The notes below the pieces were generated by a model. The model did no database searches. It saw nothing but the letters and a program-made list of their open reading frames with translations, and was not told the DNA's origin. Shown one piece after another: positions 9,320 to 18,165 of a stretch of 64,000 bases of DNA. The stretch's first letter is position 1, and each line of letters starts with the position of its first letter. The stretch comes from Sedimentisphaerales bacterium (GTDB taxonomy: Bacteria; Planctomycetota; Phycisphaerae; Sedimentisphaerales; Anaerobacaceae): the NCBI GenBank assembly GCA_040772485.1, contig JAXGYC010000008.1, positions 575,891 through 639,890 on the forward strand. Direction: 5' to 3'. Both the position numbers and the translations under genes were made by a program.

Positions 9320-11818
9320 GTGGCCACGAACAGGAAGTCACGAGCGAAGAGGAACAGGCACAAGATCATCGGGGCGGGGGTTCGCCTGGCGCTTCTGTGC
9401 ATCGGGGTGGTCGTCTGTCTGGTGCTTCTGTTCAGTTGCCTGAGCTTCGACATTGCAGACCGTCCGAGCACGTATTCGTATCCGCCGAACGAGCCGGCGA
9501 CGAACTGGTGTGGCTCGATAGGCGCCTTTGCGGCGTTCTATCTTCTGTACTACGTCGGTCCCGGCGCCTTCGTCTTGCTCGGATCGCTGCTGTGCTACCT
9601 GCTGGCGCGGATCGCGGATCGCACCGTCAGCCAAGTCGTCTTCCGCTTCGTGGGGATGGTGCTGCTGACGATCGCGGTCTCGACAACGTTCTACTTCTTC
9701 TGGCCGCACAAGGTCTACGCCTTCCCGCTCGGCTCGGGCGGGGTGCTCGGGGTCTCGGCCGCCACGTTTTTGCGGAGCCGCTTCGCGGTCCTGGGCACGT
9801 TCATCCTCGTCTCGGCGACCTGGGCGGTCGGTCTGGCTCTGCTGGCCGACAGCATCATCATCGGCGTGCTGGCCGCCTGCGGGATCGCCGTGCGCCGGGT
9901 CATCGGTTTCGTCGTGCCCGCCTGGTCGGTCGCCAGGGAGCACTCCGAAGCGCTCAGCGAAATCTGGCAACGACTCAGCGCCAGGCAGAAATCGCTGGCC
10001 ACGGCCGGCGGCGGGACGGCCAAAGCCCGTGAGGAAGTAGAGGACTATGCCGACGACGAGGCCGAGGCCGAGCAGGACGAATACGAAGACCAGGCGGCAA
10101 GCCCGGAAGAGGACGAAGAAGTCGAGGAAGCCCTTGAGGCTCCGGTCGCGCGTGCGGTGAAGCGTCCGCTGCCGATGGAGGTGCGGCAGCGTGTCGAGAA
10201 GCGCCCGCCGCCGCCCTTCGTCCAGCCCTCCTACGACGACTACACCCTGCCTCCGATGGAGCTGCTGGCCGAGCCCGAGTATGGCTACGCCGCCATCCAG
10301 GAGAAGGTCGTCAAGGCCAAGGCCAGCGCGCTGGAGAAGCTGCTGAGCGAATTCAACATCAACGCGCGGGTCGTGGCCGCCGATACCGGGCCGGTCGTGA
10401 CGATGTTCGAGCTGGAGCTGGCCGCGGGCATCAAAGTCAGCCGGATCACCAACCTGTCCAACGACATCGCCCGGGCGCTGAGCGCCGGCGCCGTCCGCGT
10501 CGTCGCGCCGTTGCCCGGCAAGCACACCATCGGCATCGAAGTGCCCAACAGCGCCAAGGAAAAGGTCCGCATCAAGAGCCTGATGGACCTGGGGGGCACG
10601 CGAGCGAGCAAGATGGAAATCCCGCTGTTCCTCGGCAAGGACTCCGCGGGCGAGGCGCTGGTCTCCGACCTGACCCGCATGCCGCACCTGCTGATCGCGG
10701 GCACCACCGGATCGGGCAAGAGCGTCTGCATCAACAGCATCATCGTCAGTATCCTGCTGACCAAGCGGCCCGACGACGTGCAGATGATCCTGATCGACCC
10801 GAAGATGGTCGAGATGACCGCCTTCAGCACGGTCCCGCACCTGATGTGCCCGATCGTGACCGAGACGCAGATGGCGGTGCAGATCCTCGAATGGGCGACG
10901 GTGAAGATGGACGAGCGCTACGCGCTGCTGGCCGAGGCGCGGGTCAAGAACATCGCCGAGTTCAACAAGCTGGGCGCCGAAGAGGTCGTCGCGCGGTTCG
11001 CGCCGAGCACGCCCGACGAAGAGGCCCAGATCCCCAAGAAGCTGCCCTACATCATGATCGTGATCGACGAGCTGGCCGACCTGATGATGACCGCCTCGAA
11101 GGAGATCGAAGCGTACATCGTCCGCCTGGCCCAGAAGAGCCGCGCCGTCGGCATCCATATCGTGCTGGCGACGCAGCGTCCGCAGGCGACGGTCGTCACC
11201 GGCCTGATCAAGTCGAACATGCCGTGCCGCATCGGCTTCCGCGTGGCCGCCCGGATGGACAGCCGGATCATCCTCGACCAGAACGGCGCCGAGACGCTCC
11301 TGGGCGAAGGCGACATGCTCTTCCTCAAGCCCGGCACCAGCGACCTGATCCGCGCCCAGGGCACGTTCCTCGACGAGGCGGAGATTCGCGGCATCATCAA
11401 GCACCTCAAGGACATCGCCGAGCCGCAGTTCCATCCGGAGCTGACGCAGCTCAAGCGCGTCGACGCCGGCGAGATGCCGCGCGATGAGCTCTTCGACCAG
11501 GGCGTGCGCGTGGTCCTCGAAAGCAAACGAGGCAGCGTGTCGTTGCTCCAACGCAAACTCAGCGTCGGGTACGCCCGCGCCTCGCGCATGATCGAGATGA
11601 TGGCGGCCGCCGGCATCCTCGGCGAATACAAAGGCAGCCAAGCCCGCGAGGTGCTGATGACGCTGGAGGAATACGAGGCGATCCGCAGCCAGATGACTGA
11701 CGACGCCGAGGCCGGCTACGCCGACTTGGCCGAGGAAGATGAGGAAGAGGAACCCGCTCGCGCTTACGCCAGCGAAGGTCAGCAGGGATACATCTCCAGC
11801 GCCGCCGACGACGATTGA
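9320..11818 (+). CDS. ftsK: DNA translocase FtsK
   Basis: N-terminal TM helices, acidic linker, PHLLIAGTTGSGKS, IDELADLM, LATQRP and C-terminal gamma domain (SVSLLQRKLSVGYARA). Confidence 0.97.
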   Translation: MATNRKSRAKRNRHKIIGAGVRLALLCIGVVVCLVLLFSCLSFDIADRPSTYSYPPNEPATNWCGSIGAFAAFYLLYYVGPGAFVLLGSLLCYLLARIADRTVSQVVFRFVGMVLLTIAVSTTFYFFWPHKVYAFPLGSGGVLGVSAATFLRSRFAVLGTFILVSATWAVGLALLADSIIIGVLAACGIAVRRVIGFVVPAWSVAREHSEALSEIWQRLSARQKSLATAGGGTAKAREEVEDYADDEAEAEQDEYEDQAASPEEDEEVEEALEAPVARAVKRPLPMEVRQRVEKRPPPPFVQPSYDDYTLPPMELLAEPEYGYAAIQEKVVKAKASALEKLLSEFNINARVVAADTGPVVTMFELELAAGIKVSRITNLSNDIARALSAGAVRVVAPLPGKHTIGIEVPNSAKEKVRIKSLMDLGGTRASKMEIPLFLGKDSAGEALVSDLTRMPHLLIAGTTGSGKSVCINSIIVSILLTKRPDDVQMILIDPKMVEMTAFSTVPHLMCPIVTETQMAVQILEWATVKMDERYALLAEARVKNIAEFNKLGAEEVVARFAPSTPDEEAQIPKKLPYIMIVIDELADLMMTASKEIEAYIVRLAQKSRAVGIHIVLATQRPQATVVTGLIKSNMPCRIGFRVAARMDSRIILDQNGAETLLGEGDMLFLKPGTSDLIRAQGTFLDEAEIRGIIKHLKDIAEPQFHPELTQLKRVDAGEMPRDELFDQGVRVVLESKRGSVSLLQRKLSVGYARASRMIEMMAAAGILGEYKGSQAREVLMTLEEYEAIRSQMTDDAEAGYADLAEEDEEEEPARAYASEGQQGYISSAADDD

Positions 11819-11852
11819 GCCGCAAGCCCGTGCCCCGGATGGAGGCGACACT

Positions 11853-12824
11853 GTGAAATGCACGAGTGTCACTGGAATCGCGGCCCTCTGCCTTCTGGCA
11901 TGGAGGCCGGCCTGTGGTGCGGCGACAACCTTGCAGCCGTCACCGGCCTTGTGGACCGTCGATGCGAAGACGCCGGAGGGCCTGAAGAACCTCCTCCGCC
12001 ACGATGGCCAATCGCTGCACCTGGTCAGCGCCCATCGCGGAGGCGCGGGAAAGGGTCTTCCGGAGAACTGTATCGCAACCTTCGAGAACACGCTGCGGCA
12101 CACGCACGCGATGATGGAGGTCGATCCCCGCTACACGAAGGACAACGTCATCGTGCTGCACCATGACCCCACGCTGGAGCGAACGACCAACGGAACCGGA
12201 CGCGTGGTGGATCGCACGTGGGAGGAACTGAAGGCGCTGCGGCTGAAAGACGCCGCGGGGGTCCTCACGGAATACTCGATTCCCACGCTCGATGAGGCGC
12301 TGCAATGGGCGCGAGGCAAGACGATCCTCGTGCTGGATCAGAAGGACGTGCCCGTCGAAGCACGCGCACGGAAGGTCGCCGAGCACAACGCCGAGGCCTA
12401 CGCCGTGCTGATTGTGTACAGCTTTGCCGATGCCCAGCGGTGCCACGCGATGGACCCGCACATCATGATGGAGGTGATGATTCCGAACGCCGAGCAAGCA
12501 GCGGCGTTCGACCGGACCGGCGTGCCGTGGTCCAACATCGTGGCGTTCGTCGGCCACTCCCCGCCGCAGGAGCCTCAGTTGTGCCAAATGATCCATGCCA
12601 GAGGCGCCAGTTGCATGGGCGGCACCTCTCGCAACATCGACCGCCTGTTCATCGAACGACAGGTCACGGACGTAACCGACTTGCGCCCGCAATACCGTGT
12701 GCTGTTGGACATGGGCATCGACCTCATCGAGACCGACCTGCCCCGATACGTCGGACGAATGCTCTTCGATCCACAAGCTGTTCCCGCCTCACGAGCGCGC
12801 TTCTTGCAGGGCGGGCGACCTTGA
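11853..12824 (+). CDS. Glycerophosphodiester phosphodiesterase family protein
   Basis: SAHRGG, PENC, EVD, HHDPTLERTTNGTG and IETD motifs; signal-like N-terminus. Confidence 0.85.
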   Translation: MKCTSVTGIAALCLLAWRPACGAATTLQPSPALWTVDAKTPEGLKNLLRHDGQSLHLVSAHRGGAGKGLPENCIATFENTLRHTHAMMEVDPRYTKDNVIVLHHDPTLERTTNGTGRVVDRTWEELKALRLKDAAGVLTEYSIPTLDEALQWARGKTILVLDQKDVPVEARARKVAEHNAEAYAVLIVYSFADAQRCHAMDPHIMMEVMIPNAEQAAAFDRTGVPWSNIVAFVGHSPPQEPQLCQMIHARGASCMGGTSRNIDRLFIERQVTDVTDLRPQYRVLLDMGIDLIETDLPRYVGRMLFDPQAVPASRARFLQGGRP

Positions 12825-12877
12825 TCCTTCGCAATGGAGTCCCGCCGGACAGCCGGCCGGGATCGCTCGCGGCGGCC

Positions 12878-13279
12878 TCAGGAGGGGACGGTCTCCAGAT
12901 GGGTTTGCACGGCGGTGAACACCTTCCGCGCCAAGTCACCGAATCGGCGTGCGTCCCCAAGCGTCGGCTTGCCGTTGGGAAGCGAGCCGAGCTCGGCCGG
13001 GTATCGCGCATCGACGTAGAGCTTGTCGAGTTTCTCTATCCAAACCGCCTCGACGTCAAAGGATATCTTCGGCCTGACGATCTCGAACAACCGCGTGAGG
13101 TTGTGGATCCGAATGTGGCCTAACTCGTACTCTTCCACGACGGCTTTGAGCGATTTCTCGATGCACTGCTGGGCGTGAAACGCGACCATGTGAGTCAGGA
13201 ACTCATCCGGTGTAATCCTTGCTATGACCCGCAGATCGTCTTGTGCGGCGTTCAGCCAGTGTTCAACGATCTCTTTCAT
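12878..13279 (-). CDS. HEPN domain protein (putative toxin of MNT-HEPN pair)
   Basis: WLNAAQDDL, AFHAQQCIEKSLKA, HNL and ARYP pattern; overlaps the upstream MNT gene. Confidence 0.85.
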   Translation of the reverse strand: MKEIVEHWLNAAQDDLRVIARITPDEFLTHMVAFHAQQCIEKSLKAVVEEYELGHIRIHNLTRLFEIVRPKISFDVEAVWIEKLDKLYVDARYPAELGSLPNGKPTLGDARRFGDLARKVFTAVQTHLETVPS

Positions 13280-13622
13280 GCAAGACCTTCCCTCGGGTCA
13301 TGATCTCCCTGGCGAACAGGCTGTCCAGTCGAACGAATGCGTCGTGCATCGGCCTTGTATGAACGATCAGGTCGATGGCAATGTGTCTGTTGAGTTCCCG
13401 CAGAAGGGAAGCCACTTTCAGATGGTTCCGCATGCGTTCGTCATAGGTAGCGGGCATGAAGTCGTCCTGCGTCACGACGTAGAGGTCGAGATCGCTGTCC
13501 TCCGTCGGCCGACCCCAAGCGTAAGAACCGAATAAGATCACTTTGTCCGGGCACAGTGGCGCCAACGCGTCCGTGATCCGCGTTGCCAGTTCGTCCGAAA
13601 GCCCGAGCGTGTCTGTGGTCAT
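13263..13622 (-). CDS. Minimal nucleotidyltransferase (MNT antitoxin)
   Basis: ILFGSYAWGRPTEDSDLDL (GS-x10-DxD). Start at 13622 chosen from the extended -10 box; alternative start 13631. Confidence 0.85.
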   Translation of the reverse strand: MTTDTLGLSDELATRITDALAPLCPDKVILFGSYAWGRPTEDSDLDLYVVTQDDFMPATYDERMRNHLKVASLLRELNRHIAIDLIVHTRPMHDAFVRLDSLFAREIMTRGKVLHERDR

Positions 13623-13903
13623 GGCCGTCATTGTACCACCGACCCCCCTTCCGCGCCAAACGTAACTTGAGGTCGCACACAACTACCCGATCTCCTTGGC
13701 GTCCGTCCCGATTTGGACGTGAACTCGCGTTCCGGTCGCCGGCAGGACGTCCGTGTTACGACGCCGTTTCGACGGCGCAGCAGGCCGGGACGCACGACGC
13801 GGGCATTGGCGCCTGTGAAGATCCAACCGGTCAGGAGGCCCTCTCGCGCCCGCAGCGGACGCGGCAGGTCGATCCGAATGGCCCAATGTGGTAGAATGGG
13901 GTG

Positions 13904-14938
13904 ATGAACAAGGACCTCAAGGACATGACGTTGGACGAGCTGGAGCAGCTCGTGGTGGAGCTGGGGCAGAAGGCCTACCTGGCGAAGTACATCTTCAGCT
14001 TCCTGCACACCAAGGGCGCGCAGACGATCTCGGACATCACGCCGCTGAGCAAGGCATTCCGCGACCGGCTCGGCGAGCAGGGCTATTTCGTTTCGCAGCT
14101 CAAGACGCTCGACTGCCTGGCCGACCCGGACGGGTCGAAGAAGTACCTCTTCGAGCTGGCCGACGGCGAGCGGGTCGAGGCGGTGCTGCTGCGCGACGAG
14201 CAGCGGCTGACGCTGTGCGTCTCGACCCAGGTCGGCTGCGCGATGGGCTGCGCGTTCTGCGCGACGGGGCGGATCAAACTCCGCCGCAGCCTGAGCGCCG
14301 GCGAGATCGCCGACGAAGTGAATCAGGCGGAGCAAGACGCGGGCAAGATCAACAACGTGGTCTACATGGGGATGGGCGAGCCGTTCGAGAACTACGACGC
14401 CGTGCTCAAGTCCGTCCGCATTCTGAACCACGCCTCGGGCAAGAACATCGGCATCCGGCACATCACGATCAGCACGTGCGGCGTCGCGCCCGCAATCGTG
14501 CGGCTGGCCGGCGAAGACGTCCACCCTCGCCTGGCGATCTCGCTGAACGCGCCGAGCGATCCGCTGCGCAGCCGCATCATGCCCATCGCCCGCAGGTACC
14601 CGCTCGCGGAGCTGCTCAAAGCCGTGCATACCTACCAGGCGCGGACGCAGCAGCGCGTGACCTTCGAATACGTGCTGATCGACAAGCTCAACGACTCGAC
14701 CGCCCACGCCCACCTGCTCGTCAAGCTGCTGCACGGCTTTTCGTGCAACGTCAACCTGATCGAGCACAACCCGTATCCGGGCTGCGAGTTGGCAGGCAGC
14801 AGCCGCGAACGCATCGCCCGATTCGCTTCGGTCCTCACCGACGCCGGCGTCGAGACCGTCACCCGCTTCCGGCTCGGCCGCCACATCCAGGCCGCCTGCG
14901 GCCAGCTCCAGGCAGGCTACGGCCGCCCCCGTTCGTAG
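13904..14938 (+). CDS. rlmN: 23S rRNA (adenine2503-C2)-methyltransferase RlmN
   Basis: CVSTQVGCAMGCAFC radical SAM motif, MGMGEP, FEYVLI and AACGQL. Confidence 0.95.
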   Translation: MNKDLKDMTLDELEQLVVELGQKAYLAKYIFSFLHTKGAQTISDITPLSKAFRDRLGEQGYFVSQLKTLDCLADPDGSKKYLFELADGERVEAVLLRDEQRLTLCVSTQVGCAMGCAFCATGRIKLRRSLSAGEIADEVNQAEQDAGKINNVVYMGMGEPFENYDAVLKSVRILNHASGKNIGIRHITISTCGVAPAIVRLAGEDVHPRLAISLNAPSDPLRSRIMPIARRYPLAELLKAVHTYQARTQQRVTFEYVLIDKLNDSTAHAHLLVKLLHGFSCNVNLIEHNPYPGCELAGSSRERIARFASVLTDAGVETVTRFRLGRHIQAACGQLQAGYGRPRS

Positions 14939-15034
14939 CGGTTTGTAGTGATCCGCCTTGGGCGGATTGGCGTTACCACGTATGCTCTTACGAGCACACT
15001 ACAAACAGGACGCTCTTACGGGCACGCTACGAAC
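14931..15034. repeat. REP family 1 composite palindromic element
   Basis: Outer IR GTTCGTAGCG/CGCTACGAAC, inner IR GTTTGTAGTG/CACTACAAAC, internal hairpins ATCCGCC-TTG-GGCGGAT and TGCTC-TTAC-GAGCA. Confidence 0.85.
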
Positions 15035-15038
15035 ACGC

Positions 15039-15067
15039 TGGACAAAGCCCGTCGGATGTGCTATGAT
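15039..15067 (+). promoter_or_regulatory. Sigma70-type promoter of beta-helix paralog A
   Basis: TGGACA-17 bp-TATGAT with extended TG; conserved at 55969-55997. Confidence 0.7.
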
Positions 15068-15111
15068 TTCCAACAGAGTTGAATGCCGAGATCGGATACG
15101 GAGGGAGCATC

Positions 15112-16860
15112 ATGGCGCGGAAGATTGTTCGGAGAGTCGCATTTGTCACGGGGGTCTTTCTGCTCATGGCCGGCGCTGCCCCTTTAGCCGCCCAGCGCAT
15201 CGTCTACGTGGATGACGACGCGGCGGCGAATGGCGATGGCCGGTCCTGGGCTACGGCGTATCGGTTCCTCCAGGATGCCCTCGCCGATGCTGAAGCGGTG
15301 GGCGAACCCATCGAAATCCGCGTCGCGCAGGGGATCTACAAGCCCGCTAGAGATCGTCGGAACCCTGATGGGGGGCGCGATCGGAATGTCTTCTTCCGTC
15401 TGGACAGTGGTATGAGCCTTCTGGGAGGCTACGCCGGGACCGGTGCGGACGACCCGAATCGGCGGGACAGCGAGACATACCAGACCGTGCTCAGTGGCGA
15501 TCTGCTGGGCAACGATGCAGAAGTGACCGACGCGGCGATGATGAAAGACGACCCCACGCGTGCGGACAATTCAAGTGTGATGTGCGTCTACGGCGATGGA
15601 TCGCGATTAGACGGATGCGTCATAACGGGTGGGGGATGGAGCTTCGGAGCGTTGCAGATCCTGGGCACCGTGACGATCAGCAACTGCACTTTCTTCGCCA
15701 ATTGCACCGACGGCCGGCATCCCTACTGTCCGGGGGCAGTTCGTCTCGTGACATGGGGAGCGTCTGCGGTGATCGAGCGATGCCAATTCGTTAGGAATGC
15801 AGCGGAAGAAGGAGGGGCTTTAAGAGGTGGCAATGTTGTTCTGAACCACTGTGTGTTTACCGAGAACTATGCGTGGCGGAAGGGAGGTGCCGCCAGCTTG
15901 ATAGGGGCTGGCGTGGTCGTTGCTTGTACGTTCGCAGACAACCGTGCCAGACAGGGAGGGGCGCTGTACCTGGATGGGATTTCAACGACCAATACGGTGG
16001 TCCGCTGTGTCTTCCGAGGAAATGCCGCTACACCCTATGTAGGAGGCGCAATCCTGTGTGAAGGCAGCGCGCGTATTGAGAGCAGTCTGTTTGTGGGGAA
16101 CACCGGCGTCTCAGGCGGAGGGGTCTGCCACAGCCAGTTTGGCGATGTAACGCTGGTGAATTCGGTCTTGGCGGGGAACCAGACCGGCGAGCGTGGAGGA
16201 GCATGGAGCATACGGGAGGGCAGTTCCCTGGAGATCGTCAATTGCACCATTTTGGGGAATCGCGCGGCGGAGGCCCCGTTCCTTGCCGTAGACATCAACA
16301 GCGATCCATGTTCCAGCCATGTCAGCGTGGTGAATTGCATTGTGTCCAATGGCGATCCTGAGATTTGGAGTAACGATTCACCCGTAGAGATTGCATATAG
16401 CTGCATTGAGCAGGGGATCATTGCCTTGGGTGAGCAAGAGGACTGGCTCGTCTTGGGGCCGGGGAACATCGACGGCGATCCGTGTTTTGTCGATCTGGGG
16501 CATTGGGACACCAATGGTACGCCCGAGGACTCGAACGACGATTTCTTCGTCGAAGGAGATTATCATCTCAGGAGCCAGGCTGGACGCTGGGACCCGACCA
16601 GCGAGAGCTCGGTCCAGGATGATGTCACCAGCCCCTGCGTCGACGCAGGTGACCCGAACAGCCCCATCGGCCATGAGCCTTTCCCCAATGGCGGAATCAT
16701 CAACATGGGGGCCTACGGCGGTACTGCCGAGGCGAGCAAATCCTATTTCGGCGAACCTCCCTGCGAGACGATTATCGCCGGCGACATCAACGGTGATTGC
16801 CGCGTAGATATCGCCGACGTCGTCATCCTGCTGGACCATTGGCTCCAGAGCGGTTTGTAG
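15112..16860 (+). CDS. Secreted right-handed beta-helix (Pmp-like GGA/FxxN repeat) protein with C-terminal dockerin-like motif, paralog A
   Basis: Signal peptide; IVYVDDDA..GDGRSW; repeated FxxNxAxxGGA; DYHL..SPCVDAGDP..NMGAYGGT; GDINGDCRVDIAD; GGAGGGAG RBS. Confidence 0.85.
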   Translation: MARKIVRRVAFVTGVFLLMAGAAPLAAQRIVYVDDDAAANGDGRSWATAYRFLQDALADAEAVGEPIEIRVAQGIYKPARDRRNPDGGRDRNVFFRLDSGMSLLGGYAGTGADDPNRRDSETYQTVLSGDLLGNDAEVTDAAMMKDDPTRADNSSVMCVYGDGSRLDGCVITGGGWSFGALQILGTVTISNCTFFANCTDGRHPYCPGAVRLVTWGASAVIERCQFVRNAAEEGGALRGGNVVLNHCVFTENYAWRKGGAASLIGAGVVVACTFADNRARQGGALYLDGISTTNTVVRCVFRGNAATPYVGGAILCEGSARIESSLFVGNTGVSGGGVCHSQFGDVTLVNSVLAGNQTGERGGAWSIREGSSLEIVNCTILGNRAAEAPFLAVDINSDPCSSHVSVVNCIVSNGDPEIWSNDSPVEIAYSCIEQGIIALGEQEDWLVLGPGNIDGDPCFVDLGHWDTNGTPEDSNDDFFVEGDYHLRSQAGRWDPTSESSVQDDVTSPCVDAGDPNSPIGHEPFPNGGIINMGAYGGTAEASKSYFGEPPCETIIAGDINGDCRVDIADVVILLDHWLQSGL

Positions 16861-16864
16861 AAGC

Positions 16865-16934
16865 GTTTGTAGTGATCCCGATGCGCATCGGGATACGGCG
16901 TTACCATGTATGCTCTTACGAGCACACTACGAGC
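16865..16934. repeat. REP family 1 element (direct repeat of the element at 14941-15006)
   Basis: GTTTGTAGTG-ATCCCGATGCGCATCGGGAT-...-TGCTCTTACGAGCA-CACTACGAGC. Confidence 0.85.
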
Positions 16935-16937
16935 GGG

Positions 16938-18077
16938 TTAGCGGAGTTTGAGGGTGGCCAGGGCCAGGGCGGCGAAGGCGGCGGCCATCAGCCAGAAGCG
17001 GACGACCACCTGCGGCTCGCTCCAGCCGGCGAGGTGGAAATGGTGGTGCAGCGGCGCGCAGCGGAACAGGCGTTTGCCGTGGGTGTACTTGAAATAGCCC
17101 ACCTGGAGCACCACGCTCATCAGCTCGATGACGAACACGCCCCCGATGACCAGCAGCAGCAGCTCGTTCCGCGTCACCAGGGCGCCGTAGCCCATCGCGG
17201 CGCCCAGGGGCAGCGAGCCGACGTCGCCCATGAAGGTCTGGGCCGGATAGCAGTTGAACCACAGGAAGCCCAGCACCGCGCCCAGCACCGCCGCGAAGAA
17301 GATGCTCAGCTCGCCCGCCTGCGGAATATGCGGCAGCAGCAGGTAGCTGGCCCACGTCATAGGCGTCATGCGTGACATCGTCTCGGACGCGACGTAGCAG
17401 AGGAAGGCCAGCACGAGACTCATGATCGCGACGCAGCCGGAGGCCAGCCCGTCCATGCCGTCCGCGAGGTTCACCGCGTTGCTGGTGGCTGAGATGTAAA
17501 AGATGGCGATGAAGATGAACGTCCAGTTGGCCAGCACGAGGCCCTTCTTGTAGAAGGGCACCCACAGGAGCTTGGCGTCGGGGATGTTCGCGAAATCGAA
17601 GTACAGAAACGACGCGATCAGCACCGCCCCGGCGATCTGGAAGATCAGCTTCTCCCAGGCGTGGAGGCCGTCGCGGCCGCGCTGGCGGGCGGCGGCAGTG
17701 AGCTTGAGCCAGTCGTCGATGCCCCCGAGCGCCCCGAACCACAACAGCACGAACAGGGCCTTCTGGACGAACGGGTTGTTCAGCTTGGCCCATAGCAGCG
17801 TGGTCACGGCCGCCGAGAAGAGGATGATCAGCCCGCCCATCGTGGGCGTATTGGCCTTCTCCTTCGTCAACTCGTTGAGTGCGGCGTGGTGGAACTCGGG
17901 CCGGTCGCCGATCTTCTTCCGCATCAGCCAGCGGATGATCCGCGGGCCGATCACCAGCGCGATCGCCAGGCTGGTCAAGGTCGCCATGACGGCGCGAAAC
18001 ATGACGTACTGGTACGCATAGAAATGCAGCGTCTCGGTCAGGAAGTCGCTGAAATGACGAAGCAGGTGGTAAATCAT
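16938..18077 (-). CDS. mraY: Phospho-N-acetylmuramoyl-pentapeptide transferase
   Basis: KANTPTMGG, GIDDWLK, NAVNLADGMDGL, FMGDVGS and APLHHHF. Confidence 0.97.
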   Translation of the reverse strand: MIYHLLRHFSDFLTETLHFYAYQYVMFRAVMATLTSLAIALVIGPRIIRWLMRKKIGDRPEFHHAALNELTKEKANTPTMGGLIILFSAAVTTLLWAKLNNPFVQKALFVLLWFGALGGIDDWLKLTAAARQRGRDGLHAWEKLIFQIAGAVLIASFLYFDFANIPDAKLLWVPFYKKGLVLANWTFIFIAIFYISATSNAVNLADGMDGLASGCVAIMSLVLAFLCYVASETMSRMTPMTWASYLLLPHIPQAGELSIFFAAVLGAVLGFLWFNCYPAQTFMGDVGSLPLGAAMGYGALVTRNELLLLVIGGVFVIELMSVVLQVGYFKYTHGKRLFRCAPLHHHFHLAGWSEPQVVVRFWLMAAAFAALALATLKLR

Positions 18078-18165
18078 GCAGAGTCCAAAGATCAAAAATC
18101 AAAAGGCAAAACGGCGAGACTCAAAACCGCAAGGCCCTGAGTTGGCTGTCCTGCCGGTTGATATT

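Noticed and set aside
15660..16340. Diversity-generating retroelement (TR/VR) explanation for the paralog differences
   Set aside because: Substitutions are not adenine-specific, both copies are full genes, and no reverse transcriptase is in the window.
14931..16934. Integron attC sites or CRISPR repeats
   Set aside because: The ends are GTT..TAG/CTA..AAC rather than RYYYAAC..GTTRRRY, there is no integrase or cas gene, and there is no regular repeat-spacer periodicity.
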